A stretch of 64,000 bases of DNA, taken from the NCBI GenBank assembly GCA_030704615.1, contig CM060734.1, forward strand, positions 4,588,001 through 4,652,000, given 5' to 3'. The notes under the pieces are model-generated. The model had not been told where the DNA came from. It was given only the letters and a program-made list of their open reading frames with translations, and ran no database searches. The stretch comes from Takakia lepidozioides. Lineage: Eukaryota > Plantae > Bryophyta. The position numbers and the translations under genes are program-made. This document shows positions 51,768 through 64,000 of this stretch, one piece after another (position 1 is the stretch's first letter; each line of letters starts with the position of its first letter).

Positions 51768-52942
51768 TATGCTGAATTGCGTCTGCTACTCTCTGTAATC
51801 TAATAGGCATTCACCTTTTTGCCTCTGTTGTCCCACCATTGACTGGGGTCAGAAAAGTTCATTCCATAGCTTCTCCTCATCTCTGTTACCTGTTTATGGA
51901 TACTTTCCTATTGTCACTTTGGCAGTATCATGTCAAAGTCACTCCAAACTATCTACCATCTACCCATGACCATCTATCCATGCAGGTTTCTTGTAGCTAT
52001 CCTTCCACAGGGAATCATCGGTAGTCTGGAGCTTGAAATCCGGCTCTCTGGGATGATCTGGACCCACACTCTATCCCTGCTCCTTCAGCTATCCATGCCT
52101 CTGCACAGATCATGCATATATCCTTGCATTGTTGTTAGCGGCTGACAATGACAGCCTACACTTGTTCCAGCAAACACCCAACTCAACTTATCACACTAGT
52201 TCATATTCTCAATTGCATTTGCTACTCTATGTAATCCAACAGGCATTTACCTTTTTGCCTCGGTTGTCCCACCATTGACTAGGGTCAGAAAAGTATTCAT
52301 TCCACAGCTTCCCCCCATCTCCGTTAACTATTTTTCGATATTTTCCTGTTTACACATTGGCAATATCATGTCAAAGTCACTCCAAACTAGATTCACTCAA
52401 CCAGCTAACTTGCAGACATTGAAATTTAGGGCCGGTTCTGATAAGAGGGAAAAACAGGGTGAAATGTGTTGAAGAAGGTGCATTTATTAGCAGTGCCTGA
52501 TTTTATCAATTGTGCCGCTACTCCTGCGGCTTCCAGTTCACCATCTACCCATGCAGGTTTCTTATAGCTATTGATCCACAGGTAATAATAGGTAATCATG
52601 TGCTTGAAATCTGGCCCTCTTGGATGAATCTGGACCCATACTCTATCCCTGCTCTTTCAGCTATCACTGCTTCTACAAAAATCATGCATACTTCCTTGCC
52701 TTGCAGCTGATAATGACAGCCTAGATTTGTTCTAGGAAACACCCAACTCAGCTTATCACGTGCTAGTTTCTATGCTGAATTGCGTCTACTCTCTATAATC
52801 TAACAGGCATTAACCTTTTTCCCTCGGTTGTCCCACCATTGACTGGGGTTGGAAAAGTATTCATTCCACAACTTCTCTTCGTCTCTGTGACCTGTTTCTG
52901 GATACTTTCTTATTATCACATTGGCAGTATCATGTCAAAGTT
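51768..52942. repeat. Diverged ~430-bp unit in about 2.5-3 tandem copies
   Basis: GGCATT.ACCTTTTT..CTC.GTTGTCCCACCATTGACT.GGGT recurs at ~51807, 52242 and 52806; ACACCCAACTCA.CTTATCAC at ~52174 and 52739. Confidence 0.8.
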
Positions 52943-52954
52943 CAGATTGACATC

Positions 52955-53470
52955 TAGTACAATTCCAGCTTGGACGATGTTACCACGAACCTCTTTGCTA
53001 TATTGTAGGGCTGCCAGGCTTGCACACATGTTGCAAACGTAACAAACGCAATGTGGTTGCGCTGCAGTATCCCTTCCCACACCACTTGCTCATAGACCTC
53101 TCCAAAGGGCCTCCATCCCCCGCCGCTGTTGTGCATATCATGGGATCATCATCCTCCATGCACCCCAATTTGGCATACAAGTCCACAAGGGCATAGTTCA
53201 GAACAACATTTGTTTAATTCCAGCTTGGACGATGTCATCACAAACCCCGTCTTCACTCATTGCGTACTCTAGTTAAGTGCAATTATGGGCTAGGCTGGTA
53301 CCACATCTCATTCAGCCATATTATCAAAATAGCCATGTATCTTTGTAGTTGCACCCTGCAACCTTGGCATACATGTCCACTACGGCAACGTTCAGAATCA
53401 CATCAGATACAAAACCAGCTTTGACAATATCACCGTGGACCTCTGTACCCTTTTCCAGGGCTGCCAGGCG
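52955..53470 (-). pseudogene. PLS-class PPR gene fragments
   Basis: LAALEKGTEVHGDIVKAGFVSDVILNVAVVDMYAK and YALVDLYAKLGCMED, in partly duplicated pieces. Confidence 0.7.
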
Positions 53471-53789
53471 TGCATTTGACATTCATATCCACCAAGGCAG
53501 TGTTTAGAGTGAATTCGATACAATCACACTGTGAAGAGAGACATGAGTGAAGCTGTGAAATGAATGCATGATTAACTGGAACTTAGTAGATACTGAAGCA
53601 ATCTGATGCTTCAGTATCACGGTAAGGTAAATTGATAACATGAAGGCAAGAAGGAATACAAATGGGAAGCACAACCATGATTCACTAGCTGTAGGTCATG
53701 ACTGATAGTTCTGAGCGGGCTGAGTGCTTAGAGATATCCAACTCTTCTATCTTGGAGTTTCCACCTCGGATAGCGAAGGGATGGGTGAG

Positions 53790-54379
53790 TAAAAGCCGTT
53801 CGACAAAGTGCAGAGTAATGAAGGGACTCTGGCTGAAGTAATATGCCAGACCAAAGCTGAGATTACCATTGGACAGCTATTGGCTGTGGCACCTCATTGT
53901 AGGCACAGGCTGTATCAAGCAATTAGTCAGATTGGTCATGTGACAGAGAACGCAGACCTGAGCAGCAAGGTGGCAAGTTATAATGTGAAGCCTGAAGGGC
54001 AAGAAACAGTCATGGACTTTGATGATTCTATGCCAGTAATCCAATTGAGAATTGGAAGCACAGATTTGACTGATGTACTGATAGATGGAAGTCAGGAGTG
54101 AATATTATGACAGACCAATTAAGGCAGAAGTTTGGTCTGAGTAACATGAAACCAGCCCCATTTACAGTAACAATGGCAGATCAAAGGAGTGTACAACCAT
54201 TAGGCTTGATAAGAGGAGTTAAGATACAGATTCAGAAGATGGTCTTTAAGATCAGACTGTGTTGAAAATGGATGATGTTATGGAAGCTTACTCCTTATTA
54301 CTGGGTCGACCATGGCTGAAACAGGCCAGGGTATTCCATGACTGGAATTCCCAGTTACTGACTGTGCATGATGGGAAGC
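53790..54379 (+). mobile_element. Gag-protease fragment of a different (non-chromovirus-like) Gypsy
   Basis: EITIGQLLAVAP; DVLIDG; VTMADQRSVQPLGLI; YSLLLGRPWLKQA. Confidence 0.7.
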
Positions 54380-55433
54380 ACACGACCGAGGTCCAGACCC
54401 GGAAACCTTGAACTGGAGTGGGTTCAAGGAACTTATAAAGAGACAATTTGTGCCCCTCAACGCGTCTTGGCTCGCCCGGGACAAGATGAGGAATTTGAAG
54501 CAAACGGATGACATTCGGGGATATGTTCAGGCTTTCAATGTGCTGTTGCTCGAAGTCGCGGACATGGCAGAACCAGAAATGGTCTTCAACTTTGTGGCGG
54601 GACTGGCCCAATGGGCCAGGCGGAAGTTGGAGGAGAAGCCACCTAAGACTTTGAACGAGGCAATTGAGAGGGCTGAATGTTTCTTGGATGTCCCTAGGGG
54701 CGAAAGACAAGGCCGTACGGAGCTGAACCACAAGAAGGCCCGGCGGGAGGGTGACTCCTTTCGACTGGAAAAGAAGTGGGATAGGCCATGCGGCGACAAT
54801 GGCACATGGAAATCGAAGGGAGGGCCATCACACGTCAAGGCGGCACCCGGTGCTCCGAAAAGAAAAGCAGGTGCGGCAGCTTATGGCGGACAGAAGGCGA
54901 CCTTCGATGGAGTGTGCTTCAATTGCGGGGAGCCCGGGCACATGGCCAAGAAGTGCACGAAACCCTGACAATTGAACATGACTCGGGCGGCCACGGAGCT
55001 GTCCGAAGATTCAATCAGCCGCTTGGTGGAGGCGGTGGTCGCCAAGACTTGCAAGGTAGGCAACTACTCTTGTGAGTTGTATCAGGAAATGGGCGCCTTG
55101 TGTAAAGGAAGTCAGTTAATGTTCGTGGATGGGATAATTTCCGGAACTAACGTGTCGTTGTTGGTGGACACAAGAGCGTCGCACTCCTTCATGACACCGG
55201 CAACGGCACAAAAGCTGGGGCTCCCGACAAGTGACGTGGGGGCCTCTATTGAGGTGCGTTCTGCCAAAGGAGAACCACAATTGGCGACGAGGTTGGCGTT
55301 CGATGTTCCTCTTCAACTGGGAAGTTGGGAGGGACGTGAGAACTTCACCATTTGCGAGATCGATGGAGTAGATCTCATTTTGGGGATGACCTTTTTGAGC
55401 AAATCCGGAGCGGTCATAGATGGCCTCAAGAGA
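54380..55433 (+). mobile_element. Second copy of the 20041-family gag-protease segment
   Basis: Closely matches ~21296-22335 at nucleotide level, including the zinc knuckle and LLVDT; CGA>TGA at 54966. Confidence 0.92.
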
Positions 55434-56510
55434 GGAGAGCTCCTATTCTGTCAGTTGCCAGCGCAATTCCATCAGTGATGAAGGTCAACGAAGGTCAACA
55501 CGAACATTTCAATCTGCCCAACGAACTTGCCCGGAAAAATTAAAATTTTAGAGTTCGAAATTGAATACAATATCACATTCCAAATGACAGAAGAACCACC
55601 TTCGTTCAACTTAGGTCCAACAAATTTATATTTTTACCTGCATCCCTGAACACTTTCGCAGCACGTAATAAACCAAGGTAGAGATATAAATGGCTAAAAA
55701 ACATGCAGAATTCTTCCACGTACATGCAACCTAGTTTCGAATGTTGCAGTGACCAAAGAAGCCATAAAGAGGGTCACCTTCGTTCACCAAAGGTCATAGT
55801 GGATAGTTGGGCAACCCAAGATGTAAAAAATAGGAGGGCTGAAGGTACAAGCTTGACCCGGTCGGGTGTGATAAAATTCGGAGAAATCGACAGTGGGAAT
55901 TCACATGCATCTACCATAGGTACAAATTGCACAATTGATAAATGTAACAATAGAAAACGAGACACCCTCGTACTCCCTGGGTCATGTCAACTGCATGAAT
56001 GGAATGTATATCTACACAATGACGACCAAGGAAAAAACAAAATGCGACAAAATGGAAGAATGCATTAACTGGGGAATGCAGTTTTGAAAATTCGAGATGA
56101 TGGGAGAATTTCACATGCTTCATAAATGTAACACAGGTGCTAACAAAATGCAAGTATTTGACAAATATCTTCTGGGGTTGTGTCATCTGATCTTATACAC
56201 CACAAGCAAGGACATCACATGGGATTAAATAGCATTATTACCCTTTTTTTTGAAATGTGACATGTATGGTCCCAAAATGTAAATATCCCAAATGTGATGA
56301 AATGTGCTATTCACAAGTGTCCTCAGATCCCAAATCTATTACACAGTCGGGCAAAGCATCGACCGAGCTTGTGCCCATACTACTGTTGGACATGTCACAT
56401 GCCTCGGTAGCCTCGTCCAGAACATAAACATAACTATCATTCCCAAATAAGGACTTCTTCCGTGTCCAGGTGATGGTGTTATCCCACTCCTTGTCGTGAT
56501 TTGATGCCGC

Positions 56511-58617
56511 TTATCTTTGGGCCGCCACCTCTGCATACATTGGGAGCTCTGGAAACAACTGTGGGCTCAGGGGCAACTCAGCGTCGTAGGTATACAATGG
56601 TCCTCCCATCCTCCGCCTCTTCACGACCGGTTGCCTGAACATTTGTGGTCGTATGGTCAAAACCACATACAAAATGGAAACAATTAATACAGCAACGTTG
56701 CAAGCAGGGTAATGAAATGACTCACTCACAAATCGCCCTCGCCATCTGATCCGTCCACAATATATTTGACCGCAGACTTTCGAGGAGGTTGCAAAGCAGC
56801 TCGTCTTTTCTTCTGACTGGAATCATTAAATCGTCGTAAAACGTCTCCAAACAACTCTTTGTCCCCCTCCATTGCAACGATGTATCTCCCGGATGTACTT
56901 GCCGCTTTCACCGAGTTCCCTACAGTAGTAATTTTGACGGAATGAGATCCAATGAGATGCTGTGTAACTGTTAAAGCATAATACCTGGGAAGCCAAAGCC
57001 AGAAGGCGCAATATGATGAAGGTTTTACAAGGCAAAAAGTGTTAAATTGCCTACAAGCCAAACATATCCATAAATTTGTTAGAACTCCATATTGAAGGAC
57101 CTCTGTCCCTAAATTGCTCACCTCGAAAGAACCGCAACTGTTTGGACTCTTCTGGGTACATAGCCACAGTCTGTCATTACAAATGCCCAATCACCAGATA
57201 AGAGGAGGAATGAGAAAATATTACCTGTTGATGCCGTGATATCCAAAACCCTCGCACCCTCAGAGGAACATAACTCCAGGAGTGTCTGATAGAACGCAGG
57301 GGATTTCTCTTTGCGTCCTCTGTAAGGGTTGCCTTCGGATGATACTGTCATCTCAGATGCTGGAAGATAGTGTCTCAACAGATCCCCGGTGAAACAATCC
57401 GGGTTCTTTGAAAAAACAGACCTTTGTTCACTGATCTGAAAGTCCTTGCAGGACTCCAGCACCAAACAATGCACTTCGAAGACAAATGTCTGTGCACATA
57501 CAGAGGAAGGGAAACAGATTAGCACTCCAACAAATACCACCACAAATGATGGAAATGTAAATGAAAAGGGAAACAGATTAGCACTCCAAGAAACACCACC
57601 ACAAACGCCTGAAATGTAAAGCATAAGATCTCACCTTCCCTGTGTTGCAATTCAAAGCTCTGTCATTGATGCATGTCCACGTCCTGAACAGTCTCATCTC
57701 CTTCTTCTTCATGTGCCTACGTATCGACGTCCGCATATCACTTGGCGCCACAACAATGAAGCAACCATTATCATCCATGAGTTGGTACGCTATCTCAAAT
57801 GCGTGGAGCATGTTCTCATGAGAATACTCATTCCACTCTGGGACATCATCATCGCAGGGGGTCAATGACGGATCAACAGGATCGACACTGTGACCGTCTG
57901 CAAGCTCGCGGAACACCATGTCCGCAGTTTCAAGGTTACGTGTCCTAGTATTCTCACATCCGACATCACCAAGGAACTTGGAGATAGAATACAACAAGGA
58001 CTCCTTTTCCATCTTCTCGGATTTAATGAGGGTTGCCAATGTTTTTAAATCCCCCTGCAAACATAAAACCTTGGAATCCGGGGCAGCAGAAGAAGAACCA
58101 ATGTACCTGGTTGCCCAGACCATGTCGTCACTTTTAGTTCCACTATGTCTTCTCTTCTTCTTGTTCTGGGTTCCGTCATTTGCACTTCCTACGAGTTTTG
58201 ACTCTCCACGATCAGATGCAGATTGTTCTTTGTCTCCCTTGTTCCTCTTGCCCACTGTGATGTACTGTCTCCGTTTGTTTTTTGCTTTTTCAGCTTCCAA
58301 AGCTACAATCCTTTCATCTTCCAAAGCAGTTGCGGTGTTGAGGGCCTCTCGACGTCGTAGTTGTCGCTGGGTATTCTCAGTATCGGATGCCCCGGTCGGA
58401 TTGTCCTTACCAACCTTGGCCTCCTCAACAGCAATCTTCTGTCTCTCACTAGCCGGACCTTCCTTGGCAGGGTAGTCCAGATACCAGGGGCATAGAGACA
58501 GGGGTGATGTTCCCAGATTGGTCAGCTGTGTACATAGTAATTCTGTCGTTGTCAACAGTCGTCCAAGCCTCGGCAACAGAGGGTAGATGATCAATTCCAT
58601 GAACCTCAAGAAGATAC
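56511..58617 (-). pseudogene. Amino-MTase-fold cargo gene (copy 2), 5'-truncated; remaining exons largely open
   Basis: LCPWYLDYPAK (cf. HCYWWLDCPPK); KVLCLQGDL; ADMVFRELADG..VPEWN; MDDNGCFIV; RTWTCIN; YRGRKEKSPAFYQTLL; RVLDITASTG|NSVKAASTSGRYIVAMEGD. Introns ~57634-57490, 57223-56921 and from ~56729. Confidence 0.75.
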
Positions 58618-58739
58618 CTGAGACAACAACAATACGAGGTTAATGTGCGTGTACGCTCCTCTTAGAATATGTACATCATTGTAAAAGTTGGTATACAGAG
58701 GTCCATGCAGTCAATCGAGCTCATCCACTGCCCACCTAC

Positions 58740-59653
58740 GTCAAACGAAGGTTAAAGAACATAGCAAATATAGAACGTCCAGCAGACTGTCCAGCAGACT
58801 GCTCAAGAGAGGGACTTGGAAGGAGTCCAGCAGACTGACTCTGACGTGCAACCTGTCTGCCAGGAGCCTCCCCAGGACGCTGCCCAGGAGCCTGCCCAAC
58901 AGGAGACTGATTTGGACGCAGTCCAGTAGACTGCCCATGCCATTGCCGAGACTGCCAATGCACAGGAAACTACCGTGGAGCCTGACCAACTTGTGTAGGA
59001 GACTGCCCAGCAGTCTGTCCAGGAGACTTCCCGGCAGACTGCAGAGGAGACTGGAGAGGACACTGCTCATAACGGCACAATGGATGACCCAGCCCCACCC
59101 ACTCAGGTTGTTCCTGCACTGTGAGAGCATTTTACTTACTGATGTTGCACCTTCATTGTATTATTGAACGTATTATTGAGCTTGCAGGATGTTCGTTTCA
59201 TGAGGGATGTGCACGTTGCGACATCGCCATCGTCCGCAGTGGACTCAACCCATGCCCATGGACCTGCCAATGCACCCAACGTCGGGTCGACGACAAAGAT
59301 GGGTACCATAGACGAAACGCCGCCGGGTGTGCGGGTGAGTTCCACGCATGCCACGCGTGAGGCTGCGAAGACCGGTCCAGGAAGTGTCAACAAGCCTCCT
59401 GACGTTGTTGTGTTGAGAAGCCGGACGGCCGCTGCGACAGACTACTCAATCCAACCCGTCGGCAACACCTTCTGCTCCCCAAAGTAGAGGCAAAGCGAAG
59501 AAGCGGGATGTGCTGGACCTCGCCGAAGAGGTTGGGGAGGGTCCTGCTCCCAAGAAAAGTGGCCCCAAGAAAAAGTCCGGTGTGTTTATGAACAAGGACC
59601 GTAAACTGGTTTTCAAGATGGACAAGGAAGTCATTCTTTGCCGCGAGATCTAG
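58740..59653 (+). pseudogene. 3' part of a low-complexity Q/E/T-rich gene with a basic C-terminus (probable TE accessory gene)
   Basis: VQQTVQQTAQE-type repeats with TAG stops; GT-AG intron ~59107-59187; ends PKKSGPKKK...KEVILCREI*. Confidence 0.4.
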
Positions 59654-60119
59654 CAGCGAGTAGTATCTATTGGTCTGTTTTTTTTTGTTTTTTTTTGTGA
59701 AGATACTGAGTCTAACACCATTTTAATTAAATCCGGACTTTTCGCTTAAATCCGGACCAAACTTGATATACGACAAAATTGAATTAAATTAGATTAATCA
59801 ATAAATAATGTTTAAAAACAAATATATCTAATCATATTTAATCATTTAACTTAGAAATGTCAAAATCAAAGGGCTTAAAAAACTGTTGATAATTGAGATT
59901 TAAATGTAGCAAGACTTTTAAGAAGTTATCATTATACAAATTGGATGACATATTAGTTATAGCCAATTTAATTGTCAAGGGGGTCTAGCCTAATACAATT
60001 GAGATATCATTATATTTGTAACATGGTTGATGTTATAGTTCGAGTCAAAGCGTCAATATTGACAAGTTTGATCATTAAATTGAAATTTTATTGAATCAGA
60101 CACTTAGCAAGCAGGTATA

Positions 60120-61300
60120 GGATTTAAAACAAGAAAAAGTGTCGATGACAAAAAATTATTCACATGTCGATAGGAACTATCAATCAAATATCCCAATCAA
60201 TCTATTGTATCCAAAAGCAAGAATTGTTTTTCTTCAATGAGCTTCAAACATGGATATAAGCTACTACTGATATGATTTATGATAAACATATTTAATGTCA
60301 ATGAAAAAAATATGCAAGTTTGTATTTAACCTACAAATACTTTCAATCAATATCCCAACCAATCTATTGTACTACCCAAAGTTATATCCTACATCTAAGC
60401 TGAAAACTAAATTTAATTGATACGCTTGAAACATTTGGATTAAGTTTTAGGATATACTACCCTCGTTTAGGTCTTCAAAAGCTACTTGGATGAAAAACAG
60501 ATTTGGGATAGAGTATAAAAATAATCAATTGAGGATCTCAACTGTGACTCGAATATACTCTATTCTACCCCAAAGCTCGAGAAAACAAATTTGAATGAGC
60601 TTCAAACATTAGAACGTGGTTTTTGGGGTAAAAGGGTTTAGGGTACTAAGCAAAAAATCCACAAGAAGTAAAATTTATGGAAGAGTGTTTAGGACCTATA
60701 GAATCATTCAATTAAATGTCACAACTATGATTGTATCATATGCCAGTGCTAGAAGCTGTTTTTTGTAATGAGCTTCAAACATGGATATGGGGATTTTGGG
60801 GTATACTATCCTAGTAATGGACAAAGTTCTTGCTACAACAAACTTACCAACCTTGCTTTTTTACGGCCATACTCGTTTGGAATCCAATAAACATGGCTAG
60901 CTAGCAACAGTCATCAGACATATTGATACCAGATTCAATATACCAAAAGCTTCAACACCATGAGACATCTTTCCAAATACTCAAATTTGTTAGAGTATTA
61001 ATCGAGATCAGAAGACAAATCGATGATATTGCTTGTGTGCTTTGTCTTCTTGTAACTATTCGTGACATGTTGATAGGAACTATTATTCAAATATCCCAAT
61101 CAATTTGCTGTATCCCAAAGCAAGAAAAATTGGTTTTTTTCAATGAGCTTCAAACATGGATATGACCTTCTACGGTATAGGGTTTATGATAAGCATAAAT
61201 GTCAATGAAAAAAAATATGCGAGTGCGTATAGAACCTATAAAAACTTTCAATCAAACATCCTAACCAATCTACTGTACTACCCCAAAGTTTTAAAATTTT
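60120..61300. repeat. Degenerate ~175-200-bp tandem array
   Basis: GCTT(C/G)AA(A)C anchor at 60241, 60424, 60599, 60772, (60949), 61147; ~60160-60380 closely repeated at ~61065-61290. Confidence 0.65.
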
Positions 61301-61384
61301 GCTATTAAACCTACACACAATGAGGTCCAACTATGCCCACTAATAATAAGCTCTTTTGTTATGACCTCTATGAAATATAATTAA

Positions 61385-62100
61385 CACATGAGTGTGTTAT
61401 TGATAGGCATTGTCAACACCTTTAGCAACCTAACCCGTGCACATTGATACATATTAAGCTAGCAAGTTAAATTTATTGTTCCTACAATTAACTAGTTAAC
61501 GCACATTTTTTGTGAGTGTATCTTGACACACATTGTCAACACCTTTAGCAACCTAACCCGTGCACATTGATACATATTAAGCTAGCAAGTTAAATTTATT
61601 GTTCCTACAATTAACTAGGTAACGCACATTTTTTGTGAGTGTATCTTGACACACATTGTCAACACCCTTAGTGCTCAATCTAGTCCACACACAATGACCA
61701 CCTAAATATGCATATTAAGCTAGCAAGTTTTTATTGTTTCTGCAATTAACTAGAAAACACACATTTTTTGTGAGTGTATTCTTGACACACATTGTCAACA
61801 CCCTTAGTGCTCAATCTAATCCACACACAATCACCACCTACATATGCATAAGCTATTAAGTAAGGGTACTTATTGTCACTTTGGACCCTAGGTCGAAGTC
61901 GTGTATTCAACACACCCTTAGCAACCAAACCTACACATAATGACGACCTAATTTATATCAATAGTATGAAGCTAGTAGAGTCTTATTGTTCCTGCAATTG
62001 ATCAACTGTTAATATAACACATGACTCATCTATTCTTGACAAACATTGCCAACATATAGAAGTCTTACTCAACAAACAATATGGTATCAAATCTACACAC
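61385..62100. repeat. 123-136-bp tandem repeat containing TTGACA-N5-TGTCAA palindromes
   Basis: TGTCAACACC anchor at 61411, 61534, 61657 and 61793, with degenerate copies beyond. Confidence 0.85.
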
Positions 62101-62472
62101 CAAGTTTGAACAAAAATTTTAAAATCACATACTTGACCATAACACATAAATATCCATGCAGAACGTATTCACAAAGTTCCAAACAAAACAAATATATTTA
62201 GATGACGAACAATCTATTCAACTTTTGAACAATTTTTGTTATGTGTCATACTTCGTCATAACATGTAAGTGAGTATGTAGAACATACCAACAAAGTTGAA
62301 CAACCAATAAAATATAAATAGACTTGAATCTAATGTCAAAAATATTTTTTTGACGAAGTTATGAATCATACTATCCAAACCAAATTTTCAATGAGATGAC
62401 GTTGACGCAATGTCATTGTTAATATGACATCTTACATCACATTGGTCAATGTCTTAAGATTGATTGATATAA

Positions 62473-64000
62473 TTATCCCAAAGAACTTGCATCCACATTG
62501 GATTGGAGATTCGCTTCATCGATATTAGCTTTCGTCTTCTCCGCCTCATTAACACTTATTCGCTTTGTACTTGATCTTGTGGTATTCTTTCTCACGGGCA
62601 TGGTCCAAGCAATGGTATTGACATGAATCCACTGCGGAGTATCATTGGGGTTGAATTCCCATGTCTTTGTCCAACAATCCTTGTACCTTTCCAAATCAGA
62701 TGGATTTCCTCCCTTCCTCGGTCTCCACCACTCAACAAGGACTTTTTTGTAATTGATATTTTTTCTATCTCGAATTACATCGTATGAGGCCATTCCCAAC
62801 CAAACCGGATATGTATGAGGATCCTCAGGACGAACAAGGACGAAAATCCTTTTTCAACGTCTTTGTACGGATTTAAGCCTTCTTTTGGACGATCACATCT
62901 TGACCCACAATAAGGAACAACCTCCTCAGCCTCACTGTCACTTGATTCGTCAGACCTTGAAGCATTAAATCCATCTCTCATGTGATTTTCCCGCCATTTT
63001 GTTGAGGGCCAAAATCCTTCCAGAAGATTATCTGTAGTATTCTCGAGCTCCAGATCTAGCTCTTCCAAAATATTGCTCCAGTATTCATCGTATTTTTTCA
63101 TGATAGTTCCATAATGCACATCAATATTCATTCCCTTTCTCCAAAAATCCATATACTTTTTAATTCCAGTTTTGATGACAAATTGCTTCTGCACAGCGTC
63201 TTCTTTGTCTCCCCAAATTTGTGTCATGGGAACACGCTTAGGTTCACCCACCGGAAGTGAAGGGGATCCATCATCAAGAGTCTTCCACATTCTAACTGAA
63301 CCTTGTTTTGGAAGTCAGTCACAATCGGTCGCAGATTTCTTGTATTACATGACAGGCCAATTTGAGGAATGATCCACGTAGAATCGGAAAACATGCATAT
63401 CTGTCGCTCCGATGAGAGCCTCTTTTCCATCAATAATATGTCCAGCTACAAACTCCTTGAAGTCTGGAACTTCTTGAATGATTTGTGGGATGAACTGTAA
63501 CTCTTGAGAAACCATGAAATGTTTCATTAGATCTGAGAGCACATAGGTGCTGTTCTCCTTCAATTTCTTTGAAAGATAGCTGAAAAATCCATCAATATCT
63601 TCGTGCGTATGACCAACCATCAAAAATCCCAACTGAATCTCTTCAAACACACCTCTTGCTGTGAGCAAAGAAAGAAATGCCAACATCCACCTATTCTTGT
63701 TGTCTTTCACACAATTATCCATCTGCAAATATAATCTTCGAGGTAATGGTCGCGGTCCCTTTTGAGCTTCTGGATGTAATGGCTTCAACGCATCCACACA
63801 CCTAGACTTCCCCCACATTAGCTGCTCAAAACAATCATTCTGGAATGGATGATAAAAAATAATCCTTGATTCTTTGCAAGTAGGTTTCTCAAGTTGACGG
63901 AGACAGTTTGCTAAAGAACCAATAGTGAAATTTGGATCTCCCGGCCACAAATCGATTGAGTACTGAGCATATGCTCCATCTCCATGTCCATGAGTTACCA
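62473..64000 (-). mobile_element. Sola1-like DDE transposase, frameshifted, runs off the window
   Basis: LYLQMDNCVKDNKN...GFLMVGHTHEDIDGFFS. ORFs 63345-63950, 62775-63290, 62473-62799. Superfamily assignment is tentative. Confidence 0.7.

Noticed and set aside
58741-59130. Leu/Ser-rich minus-strand ORF as upstream exon of MTase copy 2
   Set aside because: It is the antisense shadow of a plus-strand Q/E/T repeat.

Overview
Eukaryotic, transposon-rich land-plant DNA. It is probably a bryophyte (inference from GT-AG introns, fragments of SERK, NPF and PLS-PPR genes, and algal/bryophyte-type Gypsy elements). There are two apparently real host genes: an intronless TPR-DnaJ co-chaperone (23943-27656) and a multi-exon uncharacterised gene (~28734-34181). 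They lie among nested Ty3/Gypsy, CACTA-like and Sola-like elements and orphan exon fragments (family-B polymerase, eIF1A, SERK, TPP2, NPF, PPR). The main result is DNA-methyltransferase cargo on transposons. (1) Three diverged, intron-containing paralogues of a beta-class N4/N6 amino-methyltransferase-fold gene lie at 15547-20040(-), ~44936-47025(+) and 56511-58617(-). The first has an N-terminal ParB/Srx-like DGNHR domain and sits beside a CACTA transposase; the last lies near a Sola-like transposase. Two of the three are followed by their own palindromic repeat arrays, and in the first the palindrome also occurs in every predicted intron. (2) A degenerate C5-cytosine methyltransferase is embedded in a Gypsy pol (840-1790), and a separate Gypsy integrase ends in a PHD finger. 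All domain calls come from manual motif reading; no database search was run, and most TE genes are frameshifted.
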